Below, piece after piece: positions 54,818 through 63,839 of a DNA stretch of 64,000 bases (its first letter is position 1; each line of letters starts with the position of its first letter). The position numbers were made by a program, and so were the translations under genes. The stretch is from Eubacteriales bacterium (GTDB lineage: Bacteria; Bacillota; Clostridia; Oscillospirales; CAG-272): assembly GCA_045646945.1 (NCBI GenBank), contig JAZRLS010000055.1, forward strand, positions 6,486 to 70,485, given 5' to 3'. Below the pieces are notes generated by a model. The model was not told where the DNA came from, did not search any database, and saw only the letters and a list, made by a program, of their open reading frames with translations.

Positions 54818-55377
54818 TGAATACGAAACGTACGAAATGGATGATTGCCTCTGATATTCACGGCGACTACGATTGCGCCAAAGCACTTGCCGAGCGCTAT
54901 GCGGCATCGGGGGCGGAGCGACTGATCCTTCTGGGAGATCTTCTGTACCACGGACCTCGCAACGATCTGCCCGCAGGATATGCGCCGAAAAAGGTCATCG
55001 CACTGCTCAATGAAATGAAGAACGAGCTTCTCTGTGTTCGCGGAAACTGCGATACCGAGGTCGACCAGATGGTGCTCGAATTTCCCATTCTTGCCGACTA
55101 TGCCTATCTGTCGGTCGACGGTCTTTCGATCTTTGCAACCCACGGACATACGCACAACCTGAAAAATCTGCCCTCGCTCAAAGCGGGAGAGATTCTGCTC
55201 CACGGACATACCCACGTCCCTGCGGCAGAGAAATTCGGAGAAAATAATCTTTATCTGAATCCCGGTTCGACTTCGATTCCTAAGGAAAACTCACCTAAGA
55301 GCTACCTTACGTACGAAAACGGTGTCTGCACCTTCTTTGACCTCTTCGGCGGGGAATACCGCACGTACGAGCTATGA
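54814..55377 (+). CDS. yfcE: YfcE-family metallophosphoesterase
   Basis: SDIHGD, GDLLYHGPRN, RGNCD and HGHTH. ATGA overlap with proA. Confidence 0.85.
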   Translation: MMNTKRTKWMIASDIHGDYDCAKALAERYAASGAERLILLGDLLYHGPRNDLPAGYAPKKVIALLNEMKNELLCVRGNCDTEVDQMVLEFPILADYAYLSVDGLSIFATHGHTHNLKNLPSLKAGEILLHGHTHVPAAEKFGENNLYLNPGSTSIPKENSPKSYLTYENGVCTFFDLFGGEYRTYEL

Positions 55378-55440
55378 TGAAATACCCGAAGTGCCATAAA
55401 AAATTGTGGTAGAAAAAGGTTTTGAAAAAAGAATAACGGC

Positions 55441-55478
55441 AAAGTACCCTGACGGAACTTCCCGTTGGGGTACTTTTT
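55441..55478 (+). terminator. Intrinsic terminator after yfcE
   Basis: AAAGTACCC..ACGG..CCGT..GGGTACTTT, then TT. Confidence 0.75.
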
Positions 55479-55533
55479 CATCAAAAAACTACGTTTCGTT
55501 GATATTTTCAACCGAAAATAAACGAAGCGTTGC

Positions 55534-55562
55534 TTGTCAAAGAAGCGATGATATGATATAAT
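55534..55562 (+). promoter_or_regulatory. Sigma-A-type promoter for the moxR operon
   Basis: TTGTCA, 17 nt spacer, TATAAT with an extended TGa. Confidence 0.6.
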
Positions 55563-55604
55563 GGAAGTAACAAATTATCTTTGAAGATCAGAAAGGAAAA
55601 AAGC

Positions 55605-56564
55605 ATGCGAGCTGTGGATCATCTGTGTAAAAATATCAAGGAGCAGGTAGGCGCTGTGATTGTCGGAAAGGAGCAGGTCACCGAGCTTGCGGTCATTGCG
55701 CTTTTATGTGAGGGACATATGTTACTTGACGACGTCCCCGGTACGGGAAAAACGGTACTGGCTAAAACCTTTGCGAAGGCACTTTCTTTGGATTTTAAAC
55801 GAGTACAGTGCGTTCCGGATATGCTTCCCTCCGATCTTGTGGGTGTGAATTTTTTTGATATGAAAGCATCGGAATTTCGCTTTGTTCGCGGTCCCGTGTT
55901 TACGAATATTCTGCTGGTGGACGAGATTAACCGCGCAATGCCGAAAACGCAGTCGGGACTCTTAGAGTGCATGGAAGAGCGGCAGGTTTCGGTCGACGGT
56001 ATCACCTATCGATTGGACGAGCCGTTTATGGTGATCGCGACGCAAAATCCCGTAGAAACCAAGGGAACCTTTGCACTTCCCGAGGCACAGCTTGACCGAT
56101 TTTTGATCAAGACCTCGATGGGATATCCCACGCATGCGGAAGATGTGGAGATACTTCACCGAATGATCGCATCCGAGCAGGGGGCGACCACAACGTCTCC
56201 CGTGACACTTGAGGATATCAGAGATGCCAAGGAAGAAGTGCGCTCGGTATACGTACACAGAGATCTTCTTGGCTACGCCTCGTCGATCTGTGAGGCGACA
56301 CGGCACGAGAAGGACGTGCTTCTCGGCGCAAGTCCGAGAGCGATGATCGCGCTGGTTCGCGTCGCAAGAGCACGTGCCGCCATTTTGGGCAGGGATTACG
56401 TTCTGCCCGATGATATCAAGTTTGCGGCAATTCCTGTGCTCGCACATCGAATTGTATTCCAAAATCAGTTTTTCCACAAGGGAGATTTGGGACGTGAGCT
56501 TGTTGCTTCGGTGTTGGATCAGACGCCTGTTCCCAGTGAAGATATTGATTTTGCTTCTCGATAA
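55605..56564 (+). CDS. MoxR-family AAA+ ATPase
   Basis: Walker A DDVPGTGKT, Walker B LLVDEINRA, and VIATQNP. I preferred the ATG at 55605 over the upstream TTG at 55581. Confidence 0.9.
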   Translation: MRAVDHLCKNIKEQVGAVIVGKEQVTELAVIALLCEGHMLLDDVPGTGKTVLAKTFAKALSLDFKRVQCVPDMLPSDLVGVNFFDMKASEFRFVRGPVFTNILLVDEINRAMPKTQSGLLECMEERQVSVDGITYRLDEPFMVIATQNPVETKGTFALPEAQLDRFLIKTSMGYPTHAEDVEILHRMIASEQGATTTSPVTLEDIRDAKEEVRSVYVHRDLLGYASSICEATRHEKDVLLGASPRAMIALVRVARARAAILGRDYVLPDDIKFAAIPVLAHRIVFQNQFFHKGDLGRELVASVLDQTPVPSEDIDFASR

Positions 56565-56578
56565 AGGAAGATACCGAG

Positions 56579-57712
56579 ATGACATCTTTCTTTGAACTTT
56601 TTTTGAGCGTTCTATTTTCGCCTTGGTTTTGGGGTGCGCTCGGTGTGCTTTGCTTTGGCGGCTTGATGCTGTTGATGTACCGAAGAGGAAAGCAATGGGC
56701 ACTGTCGCAAATGAGATACGCCCGTTCCTTTTCGACCGACGGAGTTTTTGTGGGAGAGACGCTGGAAATGACCGAAACGGTGAGAAATTCGGTTTGGTTT
56801 CCGCTTTGTTCGATTTCTGTGGAGTTTTTTGTGCCCGGAGGACTGACGGTGGACGAATTGAAGTGCTCCGAAATGACAAAGGTGACGAGTATTTTTTGGA
56901 TTCCGCCCTATTCCACCGTTTCCAAAAAGCACGTGATTGAGGCAGATCGCAGAGATCACTATCGCTTTCATACCGCGACGGTGACCTATCGGAGCTGTGA
57001 CTTTGAGTTTTCGGACGAGCTGGATTTTTATGCCTATCCGAATATTTATCATACGGGGATCACGCTTTCTCCCAAGCTGAACGATTCGGCAGATACGCTT
57101 TCAAAGAAAAAATATATCGAAGATCCTTTCTTCGTTTCGGGGATTTCTCCGTATTATCTTGGTGCACCCATGCGGTCGGTCAATTTTAAAGTCTCGGCGC
57201 GCTTTTTCTCGGGCGGTGTCCGCCAGCTGATGTGCAATCGCTACGATTCTTCGCAGAATTTGGACTCTATGATTCTTCTGGACGTCAGCTCTTATTCGCA
57301 ATCAAGACTTCACGACGAGGAACGGGTAGAGTTGGGTCTTCGCTATGCTTGTTTTCTTTTTTGTGAAGCGATCAAGCATAGCGCAAACGTCGGATTTTCC
57401 GCAAATTGTGCGCAGGATTCGTCTCCCTATATTCACATTCCGTGCGGAAGCGGTGAACTACATACGAAAAAAATTCTCGAAGCCTTTGCCCAAATCACGT
57501 GGTATTCCAAAAGAGATTATTCGACCGTAGCACTTTTTCAGAAAATTCTTCCCACGCTCGATCGTATGACCGATCTCTTTTTGATTACTGCGAGCGTGGA
57601 CGATGAAATGGCAAAACTCATTTACCAAGCAGAGCAATTCGGATATGCCATCCACGTCATTTTACTTGAAACAAGGAGTCCGTATGAAGATGCTGTATCA
57701 ATTTCGGTATGA
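56579..57712 (+). CDS. DUF58-family (vWA-like) protein
   Basis: N-terminal TM segments. The size and position directly after moxR are typical of the MoxR-DUF58 pair. The family call is by context and general similarity. Confidence 0.7.
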   Translation: MTSFFELFLSVLFSPWFWGALGVLCFGGLMLLMYRRGKQWALSQMRYARSFSTDGVFVGETLEMTETVRNSVWFPLCSISVEFFVPGGLTVDELKCSEMTKVTSIFWIPPYSTVSKKHVIEADRRDHYRFHTATVTYRSCDFEFSDELDFYAYPNIYHTGITLSPKLNDSADTLSKKKYIEDPFFVSGISPYYLGAPMRSVNFKVSARFFSGGVRQLMCNRYDSSQNLDSMILLDVSSYSQSRLHDEERVELGLRYACFLFCEAIKHSANVGFSANCAQDSSPYIHIPCGSGELHTKKILEAFAQITWYSKRDYSTVALFQKILPTLDRMTDLFLITASVDDEMAKLIYQAEQFGYAIHVILLETRSPYEDAVSISV

Positions 57713-58280
57713 ATGGAGCTTGCTCTTTCTCCTTGGAATTCTTGCGGGGCTTGTGTATTTGTTTCCTGTAGAGGGAAATGGCGCGTTCCTTTGGGGGGCA
57801 GGTCTGACACTATGCCTTGCTTTGATTCTGCTGGTGCTTTGGCGACTGTATCAAATCAAGTGGAAAAGAGCCATTGCCCTCGGAATTCAAAAAGTATTTT
57901 CCGCCATCTCAAGAAGATTTTCTCTTTGGATGGAGCAGCGCAGTATTCGCAACAAAAGAAATATTCTTTTAGGTGAAACAAACATTCGGTTTCACTTTGA
58001 GGAAAGTGAAAAAACGAAAAAAAAAGCAAAAAAACAGCCTCGCTGGCGGCAACTGAAAACCGAACGCCAAAAAATGAAATATCTCTATCGGCAGACGGTG
58101 AGCGCACGGATTCGCCGCGGCACACGGATTTATGCGAGTCATACCCCCGAAGAAATTCAGACGATGGATGAGAATAGCGCAGTCGAGAGCGAAGTTTTTT
58201 CGCTTTATACAAAGTATCGCTACGACGAACGCACAGAGCCGCCCGAAGGCAGTGCCGAAAAGATCAAGAACGAAAAATAG
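57684..58280 (+). CDS. Membrane protein, DUF4129-like C-terminus
   Basis: The ATG at 57684 follows AAGGAG and overlaps the DUF58 3' end. Two TM helices, a Lys-rich stretch, then YRQTVSARIRRGTRIYASHTPEEI, which resembles DUF4129 (inference). Confidence 0.55.
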   Translation: MKMLYQFRYEWSLLFLLGILAGLVYLFPVEGNGAFLWGAGLTLCLALILLVLWRLYQIKWKRAIALGIQKVFSAISRRFSLWMEQRSIRNKRNILLGETNIRFHFEESEKTKKKAKKQPRWRQLKTERQKMKYLYRQTVSARIRRGTRIYASHTPEEIQTMDENSAVESEVFSLYTKYRYDERTEPPEGSAEKIKNEK

Positions 58281-58298
58281 GAAATGTAAGGAGAGGTT

Positions 58299-59351
58299 AT
58301 GGAGATCACCATTGCGAAATCACTCAAACGGCTTCGAACTGAAAAGGGAAATACCCAAGAAGAGCTTGCCGCCCATCTTTCGGTTTCCGCGCAGGCGGTT
58401 TCCAAATGGGAACGGGGAGACGGAATGCCCGATATTTCCTTTCTGCCGCGGATTGCATCTTTCTATGAAACCACCGTCGACGATCTGCTCGGCTGTGAAG
58501 AGGTTCGGAGAAAAGAAGAACTAGAAAAGTTTGCGGATCAAGTTCAAAAGCTTTCCGCGGACGCCGATCTTTCAGAACGGTTGGCACTTTGCCGCGAGAC
58601 TTATGCCCGATATCCGAATGAAAATATCGTGTTACAGCATTTGTCGTTCGCACTGTATGAGGAGAACGTAGAGAAAAATGCAAAAGAAATTCTCCGTCTT
58701 GCGCAAAAACTTTTGGAAAGGGGAGACCTTGAACAACGCGTCCGAGCACTTCAAATTCTTTCGTTGACGCACGAAGCCTTAGACGATTACGAGCAAGCGG
58801 TCGCCTATGCCAATATGATACCGACGCGATGCGATCTTTTGATCTCGGTACTCAAGGGAGAGGCTCTCGTGGATCATTGTAGGCACTATTTTTGGGATCT
58901 TTGCGAGAATGCGCGTAAGTTTGGCGAACGCCTGATCTCCACCCCCGAGGCAAAATACACTGACGAAGAAAAGCATCGAATGGAAGGGATGATCTACGAT
59001 CTGTTTTACACCGTGTTTGAAGACGGTGATTTCGGTTTTTGGGAAGTGCGTCTGGCTCGCATTTGCGAACGAATGGCACTGTTTTCGGTCAGGATGGGCG
59101 CGTGTGAGCAAGCATTGAACGAGCTGGAAGAAATGTGCTCTCATTTTGAAAAATTCTATGCCTTCTCGAGCATTGATCACACATCTCCCTTTGTGCGCGA
59201 CATTCACTATGCGCGTCAGGCGTGGCACGATCGGGAAAAAGAGGTTACGGGGAAGGCTTATATCGAGCGACTGCAATGCCCGACGTATAACGCACTGCAC
59301 GATAATCCCCGCTTTGCAACAATTTTACAGCGTCTCGAAGCATTGGAATAA
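58299..59351 (+). CDS. XRE-family HTH transcriptional regulator with a helical-repeat (TPR-like) C-terminal domain
   Basis: N-terminal LRTEKGNTQEELAAHLSVSAQAVSKWERG. About 280 aa of predicted helical domain follow. The gene starts 18 nt after the upstream gene. Confidence 0.8.
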   Translation: MEITIAKSLKRLRTEKGNTQEELAAHLSVSAQAVSKWERGDGMPDISFLPRIASFYETTVDDLLGCEEVRRKEELEKFADQVQKLSADADLSERLALCRETYARYPNENIVLQHLSFALYEENVEKNAKEILRLAQKLLERGDLEQRVRALQILSLTHEALDDYEQAVAYANMIPTRCDLLISVLKGEALVDHCRHYFWDLCENARKFGERLISTPEAKYTDEEKHRMEGMIYDLFYTVFEDGDFGFWEVRLARICERMALFSVRMGACEQALNELEEMCSHFEKFYAFSSIDHTSPFVRDIHYARQAWHDREKEVTGKAYIERLQCPTYNALHDNPRFATILQRLEALE

Positions 59352-59354
59352 GAT

Positions 59355-59394
59355 AAAAAACACGGAAACGCTATCTGCGTTTCCGTGTTTTTTT
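59355..59394. terminator. Bidirectional intrinsic terminator
   Basis: AAAAAACACGGAAACGC, loop TATCT, GCGTTTCCGTGTTTTTTT. The T-run overlaps the stop codon of the convergent isomerase gene. Confidence 0.85.
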
Positions 59395-60172
59395 ATCCTC
59401 TGTACTTTTTTAAAAATTCCGCACTTATGCGAAGACTCTCGAAGGGGGATTTCGTAAAGCCGTTGTCCTGCTCGACGACGTAATGTTTCACGCCGATCTG
59501 TTCTGCCGTGGCAATGACCTTGTCCCAAGCCACCGAGCCCTGACCGACCTCACAGATCTTGTGCACGTATTTCTTCGGCTCGACTTCTGCAAGGTAGGTG
59601 TCCTTGAGGTGCAGAATATCAATTCTACCCGCCAGACGCTCCATCCAATCGACAACATCTCCGCCGCCTGCCGTGACCCAGCAGGTATCCAGTACGAACG
59701 AGGTCGTCGCGGGATCGAATTCTTCATAGAAAAGATCCATCATCGTCTTGGTTCCATCGATGCGGAGAAATTCAAAGTCGTGGTGGTGATAGGTCAGCTT
59801 CATTCCGTGCTTTGCATAAACCTCTGCGGTGCGGTTGAACTCGGAAATGAACGCTTTCAGCGTAGAGAGATCCTTGCGTGCGTCGGAGGGCATACTGCCG
59901 ATACCGATGTTGGTCGTGCCCCAAGCCTTGTGGAGCTTGAGCATATGCTCTTGCTCATCTCTGACTTCGCGAAAAGAGATGTGCGTACCGACAACCGAAA
60001 GACCGTTCTTTTTGAGAAGCTCGCCGAAGAGCATCTCGTCAAACTCGGTGCCGGCCGTGTGTACCTCGGTGTAACCGAGCTCGCGGAGCTTACGGAAGGT
60101 CAGATCAGCGAATTCGGGATCCTTGAGATAATCGCGAACGGTATAAAGCTGAAGTCCAAGATTTTTGATCAT
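59393..60172 (-). CDS. Sugar phosphate isomerase/epimerase (xylose isomerase-like TIM barrel)
   Basis: 259 aa with the family-typical pattern (LGLQLYTVRD, GYTEVHTAG, LTYHHHDFEF, ILHLKD, VVEQD). Confidence 0.8.
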   Translation of the reverse strand: MIKNLGLQLYTVRDYLKDPEFADLTFRKLRELGYTEVHTAGTEFDEMLFGELLKKNGLSVVGTHISFREVRDEQEHMLKLHKAWGTTNIGIGSMPSDARKDLSTLKAFISEFNRTAEVYAKHGMKLTYHHHDFEFLRIDGTKTMMDLFYEEFDPATTSFVLDTCWVTAGGGDVVDWMERLAGRIDILHLKDTYLAEVEPKKYVHKICEVGQGSVAWDKVIATAEQIGVKHYVVEQDNGFTKSPFESLRISAEFLKKYRG

Positions 60173-60184
60173 AGGGGAACTCCT

Positions 60185-62236
60185 TTACTTGATCTGTGTA
60201 CCCGTGGGAACGGCATCGTCGACGAAGATGACCTTGCAGCCACACGCATTGTTTGTGCCTGCGAGGAGCATACCCTGTGAGGTGACGTTGCAGATTCGGT
60301 TGGGCTTGAGGTTGGCAACGACGATGATCTTCTTGCCGATGAGATCCTCGGGCGAGTATTCTTCCTTGATCGAGGACATAATGACTCTCTCACCGATGCC
60401 GTCATCGAGCGTCAACTTCAGGCAGGAATGCGACTTGCGGACGCCCTCTGCCTTGAGAACCTTGCAAACGCGAAGGTCGATCTTCGAGAAGTCGTCGATG
60501 GTGACCTGCTCCTTGACGGGCTCGACGGGATCGGGCTCGCGGTTTTCTTCGACCGTAGCAACCTCTTCACAGCAAGCCTCCTCAGCGGGAGCATTCGCCG
60601 CCTTTTCCTCGTCGGTTTCGGGATACGAGAAATCAAGCAGTCCGACGTAGCGTTCGGGCTCGATCGCAAAGAGGAAGAGATAGAGACGAGGACCTTTTTC
60701 CTTGTCAATGAGAAGCTTATAAACCGTGCGGAAGAACGCACCCTGAATTCCCTTGAGCTCCTTGTCGGTCATCTCGGTGCCGTACACCTGCTTCGGGATC
60801 GCGTAGAGCTCGGTGTTGAGCTCGTCGAGCGTGTAGCCACCCTTGGCGATATATGCGTGCAGCAGCTCGATTGCCTTCTTCTCCTCGTCGGAGAGGGTAT
60901 TGAATACTTCAAAGTTTCTCGTGGTACGAAGCTTGTTGACCTGGTCGGGCGCACACTGCTCGAGCCAGAATTTGGCGCGCTTGAGACGGTCGGAAAATTC
61001 TGCTTCCTTATAGGGGGTTCCGATTTTCTCGAAAACGGTCTCCAGCATTGGAATGTTGAAGTCAACCACCGAGCCCAACTGAACGAGTAGCGCCATCGGA
61101 ACGGTTTCGACACGGCGTCCCTCGACCTCGCAAGCGGACATAATACTCTCTGTCAGCTCGTTTGCGGTGCCCGCACGGCAGTCGGAGAGCATCTTGTCGA
61201 ACTCAAAGTACTGACGGAGAATTCCGTCGTCAAAGCAAATGTCAAACGCCTTGGTGGGGTCGGTCTTGGCGTAGAGCCAGAGAAGGACCTCGGGCTGATA
61301 GAGGCGGAGCAGGGTATCGGGGGTGAGGTTCAGACCCGACGAAGAGGACATCTTGCCGGTCATGCCCTTAATACCGATAAACTCATAACCTTGATAGATC
61401 GGAGCGTCGTGTCCGAAAATGCGCTTTGCGATGAGCTTGGAGTTATTGTACGAACCGGTGGGCGCGGAGTGATCCTTTCCACCGGGCTCAAAGTCAACCT
61501 TCTCATAGCCCCAACGCATTGCCCAGTCGACCTTCCAACCGAGCTTGCAGTTGTGGTTTTCAAGGAAGTTGAAGTGACCGCTGTGACCGCAACGGCAAGT
61601 GTAATCTGCCTCGGTGCCGTCCTCGGAGAAGGACGTAATGGTCGTAAAGTCGGTGTGACATTCGGGACAGAAGATGCTCACGGGTGAGTAAACCGCCTTC
61701 TCGGCATCGTGCTCAGCCTTCAACTCCTCGGGCGACTTCGAGGTGTCCTTCGTCTTAAAGGAGTCGAGAATTTCAAAAATTTCGCCTCTCTTGCGGATCG
61801 ACTCGATGATCGCGTCGGTGTATTTGCCCGAGCGGTACATTTCTGCCTGATAGCGGCAGTCAAGATCGATGCCGAAGGGCTCAATACCCTTGAGGAACTC
61901 TTCCTCAAAGTGTGCGGCATAGCTTTCGTGACAGCCCCAAGGGTCGGGAATATCGACGTAGGGACAGCCAATATATTTGTCATAGGTGTTGCCAACGACA
62001 GCTTGTACGTTTGCGGGGATCTTGCGGCAACGGTCAAACTCATCCCACGAGATGATGAGACGCGCCTTTTTGCCCTGCTTGCGGAGAGCCTTTACCACGA
62101 ACCACGGCGTTGCGAGATCGCGGAAGTTTCCAATGTGAACCGAGCCAGAGGGACTGACACCCGCGGCGCAAACGTATTCTTCCTTGTCGGGATTGCGCTC
62201 AATAATTCTCTGCGCAAGTTCTTCAGACCAATGCAT
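60185..62236 (-). CDS. lysK: Class I lysine--tRNA ligase fused to a C-terminal Trbp111/EMAPII-like tRNA-binding domain
   Basis: SPSGSVHIGNFRD (HIGH), DPWGCHESYAAHFEEEF, VDFEPGGKDH and GKMSSSSG (KMSKS) are class I LysRS motifs. The last ~110 aa (IDDFSKIDLRVCKVL...VVANLKPNRICNVTSQGMLLA) match the OB-fold tRNA-binding domain seen at MetRS C-termini. Confidence 0.88.
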   Translation of the reverse strand: MHWSEELAQRIIERNPDKEEYVCAAGVSPSGSVHIGNFRDLATPWFVVKALRKQGKKARLIISWDEFDRCRKIPANVQAVVGNTYDKYIGCPYVDIPDPWGCHESYAAHFEEEFLKGIEPFGIDLDCRYQAEMYRSGKYTDAIIESIRKRGEIFEILDSFKTKDTSKSPEELKAEHDAEKAVYSPVSIFCPECHTDFTTITSFSEDGTEADYTCRCGHSGHFNFLENHNCKLGWKVDWAMRWGYEKVDFEPGGKDHSAPTGSYNNSKLIAKRIFGHDAPIYQGYEFIGIKGMTGKMSSSSGLNLTPDTLLRLYQPEVLLWLYAKTDPTKAFDICFDDGILRQYFEFDKMLSDCRAGTANELTESIMSACEVEGRRVETVPMALLVQLGSVVDFNIPMLETVFEKIGTPYKEAEFSDRLKRAKFWLEQCAPDQVNKLRTTRNFEVFNTLSDEEKKAIELLHAYIAKGGYTLDELNTELYAIPKQVYGTEMTDKELKGIQGAFFRTVYKLLIDKEKGPRLYLFLFAIEPERYVGLLDFSYPETDEEKAANAPAEEACCEEVATVEENREPDPVEPVKEQVTIDDFSKIDLRVCKVLKAEGVRKSHSCLKLTLDDGIGERVIMSSIKEEYSPEDLIGKKIIVVANLKPNRICNVTSQGMLLAGTNNACGCKVIFVDDAVPTGTQIK

Positions 62237-62274
62237 AATATTCTCCTTATCATATAAAATCCATATTCTTTTTT

Positions 62275-62303
62275 ATTGTAGCACAAAAAAAGTAAAAAGT
62301 CAA
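62275..62303 (-). promoter_or_regulatory. Sigma-A-type promoter for lysK
   Basis: On the minus strand: TTGACT, 17 nt spacer, TACAAT with an extended TGc. It begins 4 nt after the azlD stop. Confidence 0.6.
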
Positions 62304-62306
62304 CCG

Positions 62307-62606
62307 TTACAAAAACAATTCCAGAAGAAAGACGATCAGACAGGACGATACCGCCACAAAGAAGAGACTTCGACCGAACCAAGCCAAAAGAATGGCGGCA
62401 ACCAGTGCCACCGTCGCGGCAATCGGTGACTGCGTTGCGTGAAGAATTGCAGGGAAGGTCATCACGGCAAGTGTTACGTAGGGAACGTAGTAAAGGAACG
62501 AGCGGAGCGTGCGGTTTTTGATCTCCTTTCGAATAAGCGTCAGCGGGACCACGCGGATGAGGAAGGTCACACCTGCCATGCAGGCAATATAGATGTAAAT
62601 GTTCAT
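62307..62606 (-). CDS. azlD: Branched-chain amino acid transport protein AzlD
   Basis: 99-aa, 3-4 TM protein overlapping azlC by 4 nt. Confidence 0.85.
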   Translation of the reverse strand: MNIYIYIACMAGVTFLIRVVPLTLIRKEIKNRTLRSFLYYVPYVTLAVMTFPAILHATQSPIAATVALVAAILLAWFGRSLFFVAVSSCLIVFLLELFL

Positions 62607-63331
62607 TCTTCCGCCTCCTTTCGGCTGCCCTCGTCATCCTTTATGGGGAAGAGCAGAGCCGCAACGAGAGAAATCACAACGGTCAAAAGGATAATGCGAA
62701 TTCCCTCTGAAATCTGGGAAATCAAAGGAAGGCATGCGCAGGCAAAGCTTGCCGCAAAGCTGATAGCAACAAGACCGAGCACCACGCGATTTTTTCGTGC
62801 TTCGGGAACGAAGACCGAAATAAACATGCCGTAAAGCCCCACGCTTAACGCGCTGATCACACGAAGCGGGAGCACGTCACCGAGGAGCACGCCCACAAAG
62901 GTGCCGCTTGTCCAACCCACGGTTGCAACACAGAACGTGCCGTAGGTGAAAAAGGGATCGAGGGCGACGGGGAGACCAATCGAGACACCGAAGATTTCGT
63001 CGGTTACCGTGAAGCCGAGCAGAAGCCTCTGCCAGATGGGAACACCTGACTTGAGCTTTTGGCTGAGTGACGCCGACATCAAGAGATAACGCGCGTTGGC
63101 AACCGCCTCCATCACGAGCACCTCGAGATAGCTGGCACCTGCGGCGATCAGCGTAAAGCCTGCGTATTCGCCTGCCGAGGCGTTAATGAGTAAGCTCGTC
63201 AGTGCTGCCTGAAACGAGGTAATGCCCGCATTCTTTGCGGCAATACCGAGTGCCAGAGAAACGGCAAAATAGCCGAGCGAGATGGGAATTCCCGCCCGCA
63301 TTCCTTTCAAAAACCATTTTCTGCGATTCAT
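62603..63331 (-). CDS. azlC: AzlC-family branched-chain amino acid permease component
   Basis: GIPISLGYFAVSLALGIAA and INASAGEY. I preferred the ATG at 63331 (AAGGAAG 8 nt upstream). The track start at 63334 is a TTG. Confidence 0.88.
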   Translation of the reverse strand: MNRRKWFLKGMRAGIPISLGYFAVSLALGIAAKNAGITSFQAALTSLLINASAGEYAGFTLIAAGASYLEVLVMEAVANARYLLMSASLSQKLKSGVPIWQRLLLGFTVTDEIFGVSIGLPVALDPFFTYGTFCVATVGWTSGTFVGVLLGDVLPLRVISALSVGLYGMFISVFVPEARKNRVVLGLVAISFAASFACACLPLISQISEGIRIILLTVVISLVAALLFPIKDDEGSRKEAEE

Positions 63332-63371
63332 CAATCATTCTTCCTTTATTTATATACGTCAAATTACAATG

Positions 63372-63400
63372 AAAAAAGATGCGTCTAAAAACGCATCTTT
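63372..63400 (-). terminator. Intrinsic terminator after the DUF4363 gene
   Basis: On the minus strand: AAAGATGCGT, loop TTTTAG, ACGCATCTTT, then TTT. Confidence 0.75.
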
Positions 63401-63473
63401 CAGTATAACATAAAGAAAGAAAAAAGTAAAGGGAAGAAATAAATTTTTATGGTAATTTTGTCAAATTAATATT

Positions 63474-63836
63474 TTAAAATATATTCCCCAGTGAAATCTT
63501 CTCATTCCGCGTAATCTCCTCAATCGCGTCAAGAAGCAGGGTACGGTATTTTTGAAATTCGGCTTCGAGCGAAAAATCGTGTGCCCAACGAAGCTCGACG
63601 AGCACCTCTCCGAAATGATCAATTTCCCGAAAGCTCACAGATAATCCGAAAAAATCGCGGTGCTTCTCCCAAAATGACTCGAGCTCGTCAAGCTTTTCTT
63701 CGCGTCCCTCGACTTCTTCTAACGAGGTGACAAGCTCGGTAAGATATTGCTCGCTTTCGTGAATATAGTGGATATTCCAAAAAATTCCCAGAAGCAAACC
63801 GAGAAACAGAGTCAGCGAAATCCAAAACACTTTCAT
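63474..63836 (-). CDS. DUF4363-family protein
   Basis: 120 aa with an N-terminal TM segment. The pattern (LEEFWEKH-like, REIDHFGEVLVEL) and its pairing with an upstream DUF421 gene are typical. Confidence 0.7.
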   Translation of the reverse strand: MKVFWISLTLFLGLLLGIFWNIHYIHESEQYLTELVTSLEEVEGREEKLDELESFWEKHRDFFGLSVSFREIDHFGEVLVELRWAHDFSLEAEFQKYRTLLLDAIEEITRNEKISLGNIF

Positions 63837-63839
63837 TTT

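Noticed and set aside
62237-62306. T-box or lysine (L-box) riboswitch upstream of the LysRS gene.
   Set aside because: Only 70 nt are available, and they are occupied by a TTGACT-17-TACAAT promoter and the RBS. That is far too short for either riboswitch.
63372-63407. Terminator hairpin directly upstream of azlC read as a leader attenuator of azlCD.
   Set aside because: A TTTACT-17-TATACT promoter (minus strand, -10 at 63402-63407) would start transcription inside the 5' arm of the hairpin. azlCD transcripts would therefore lack the complete stem. This is more simply a compact overlap of an upstream terminator with a downstream promoter.
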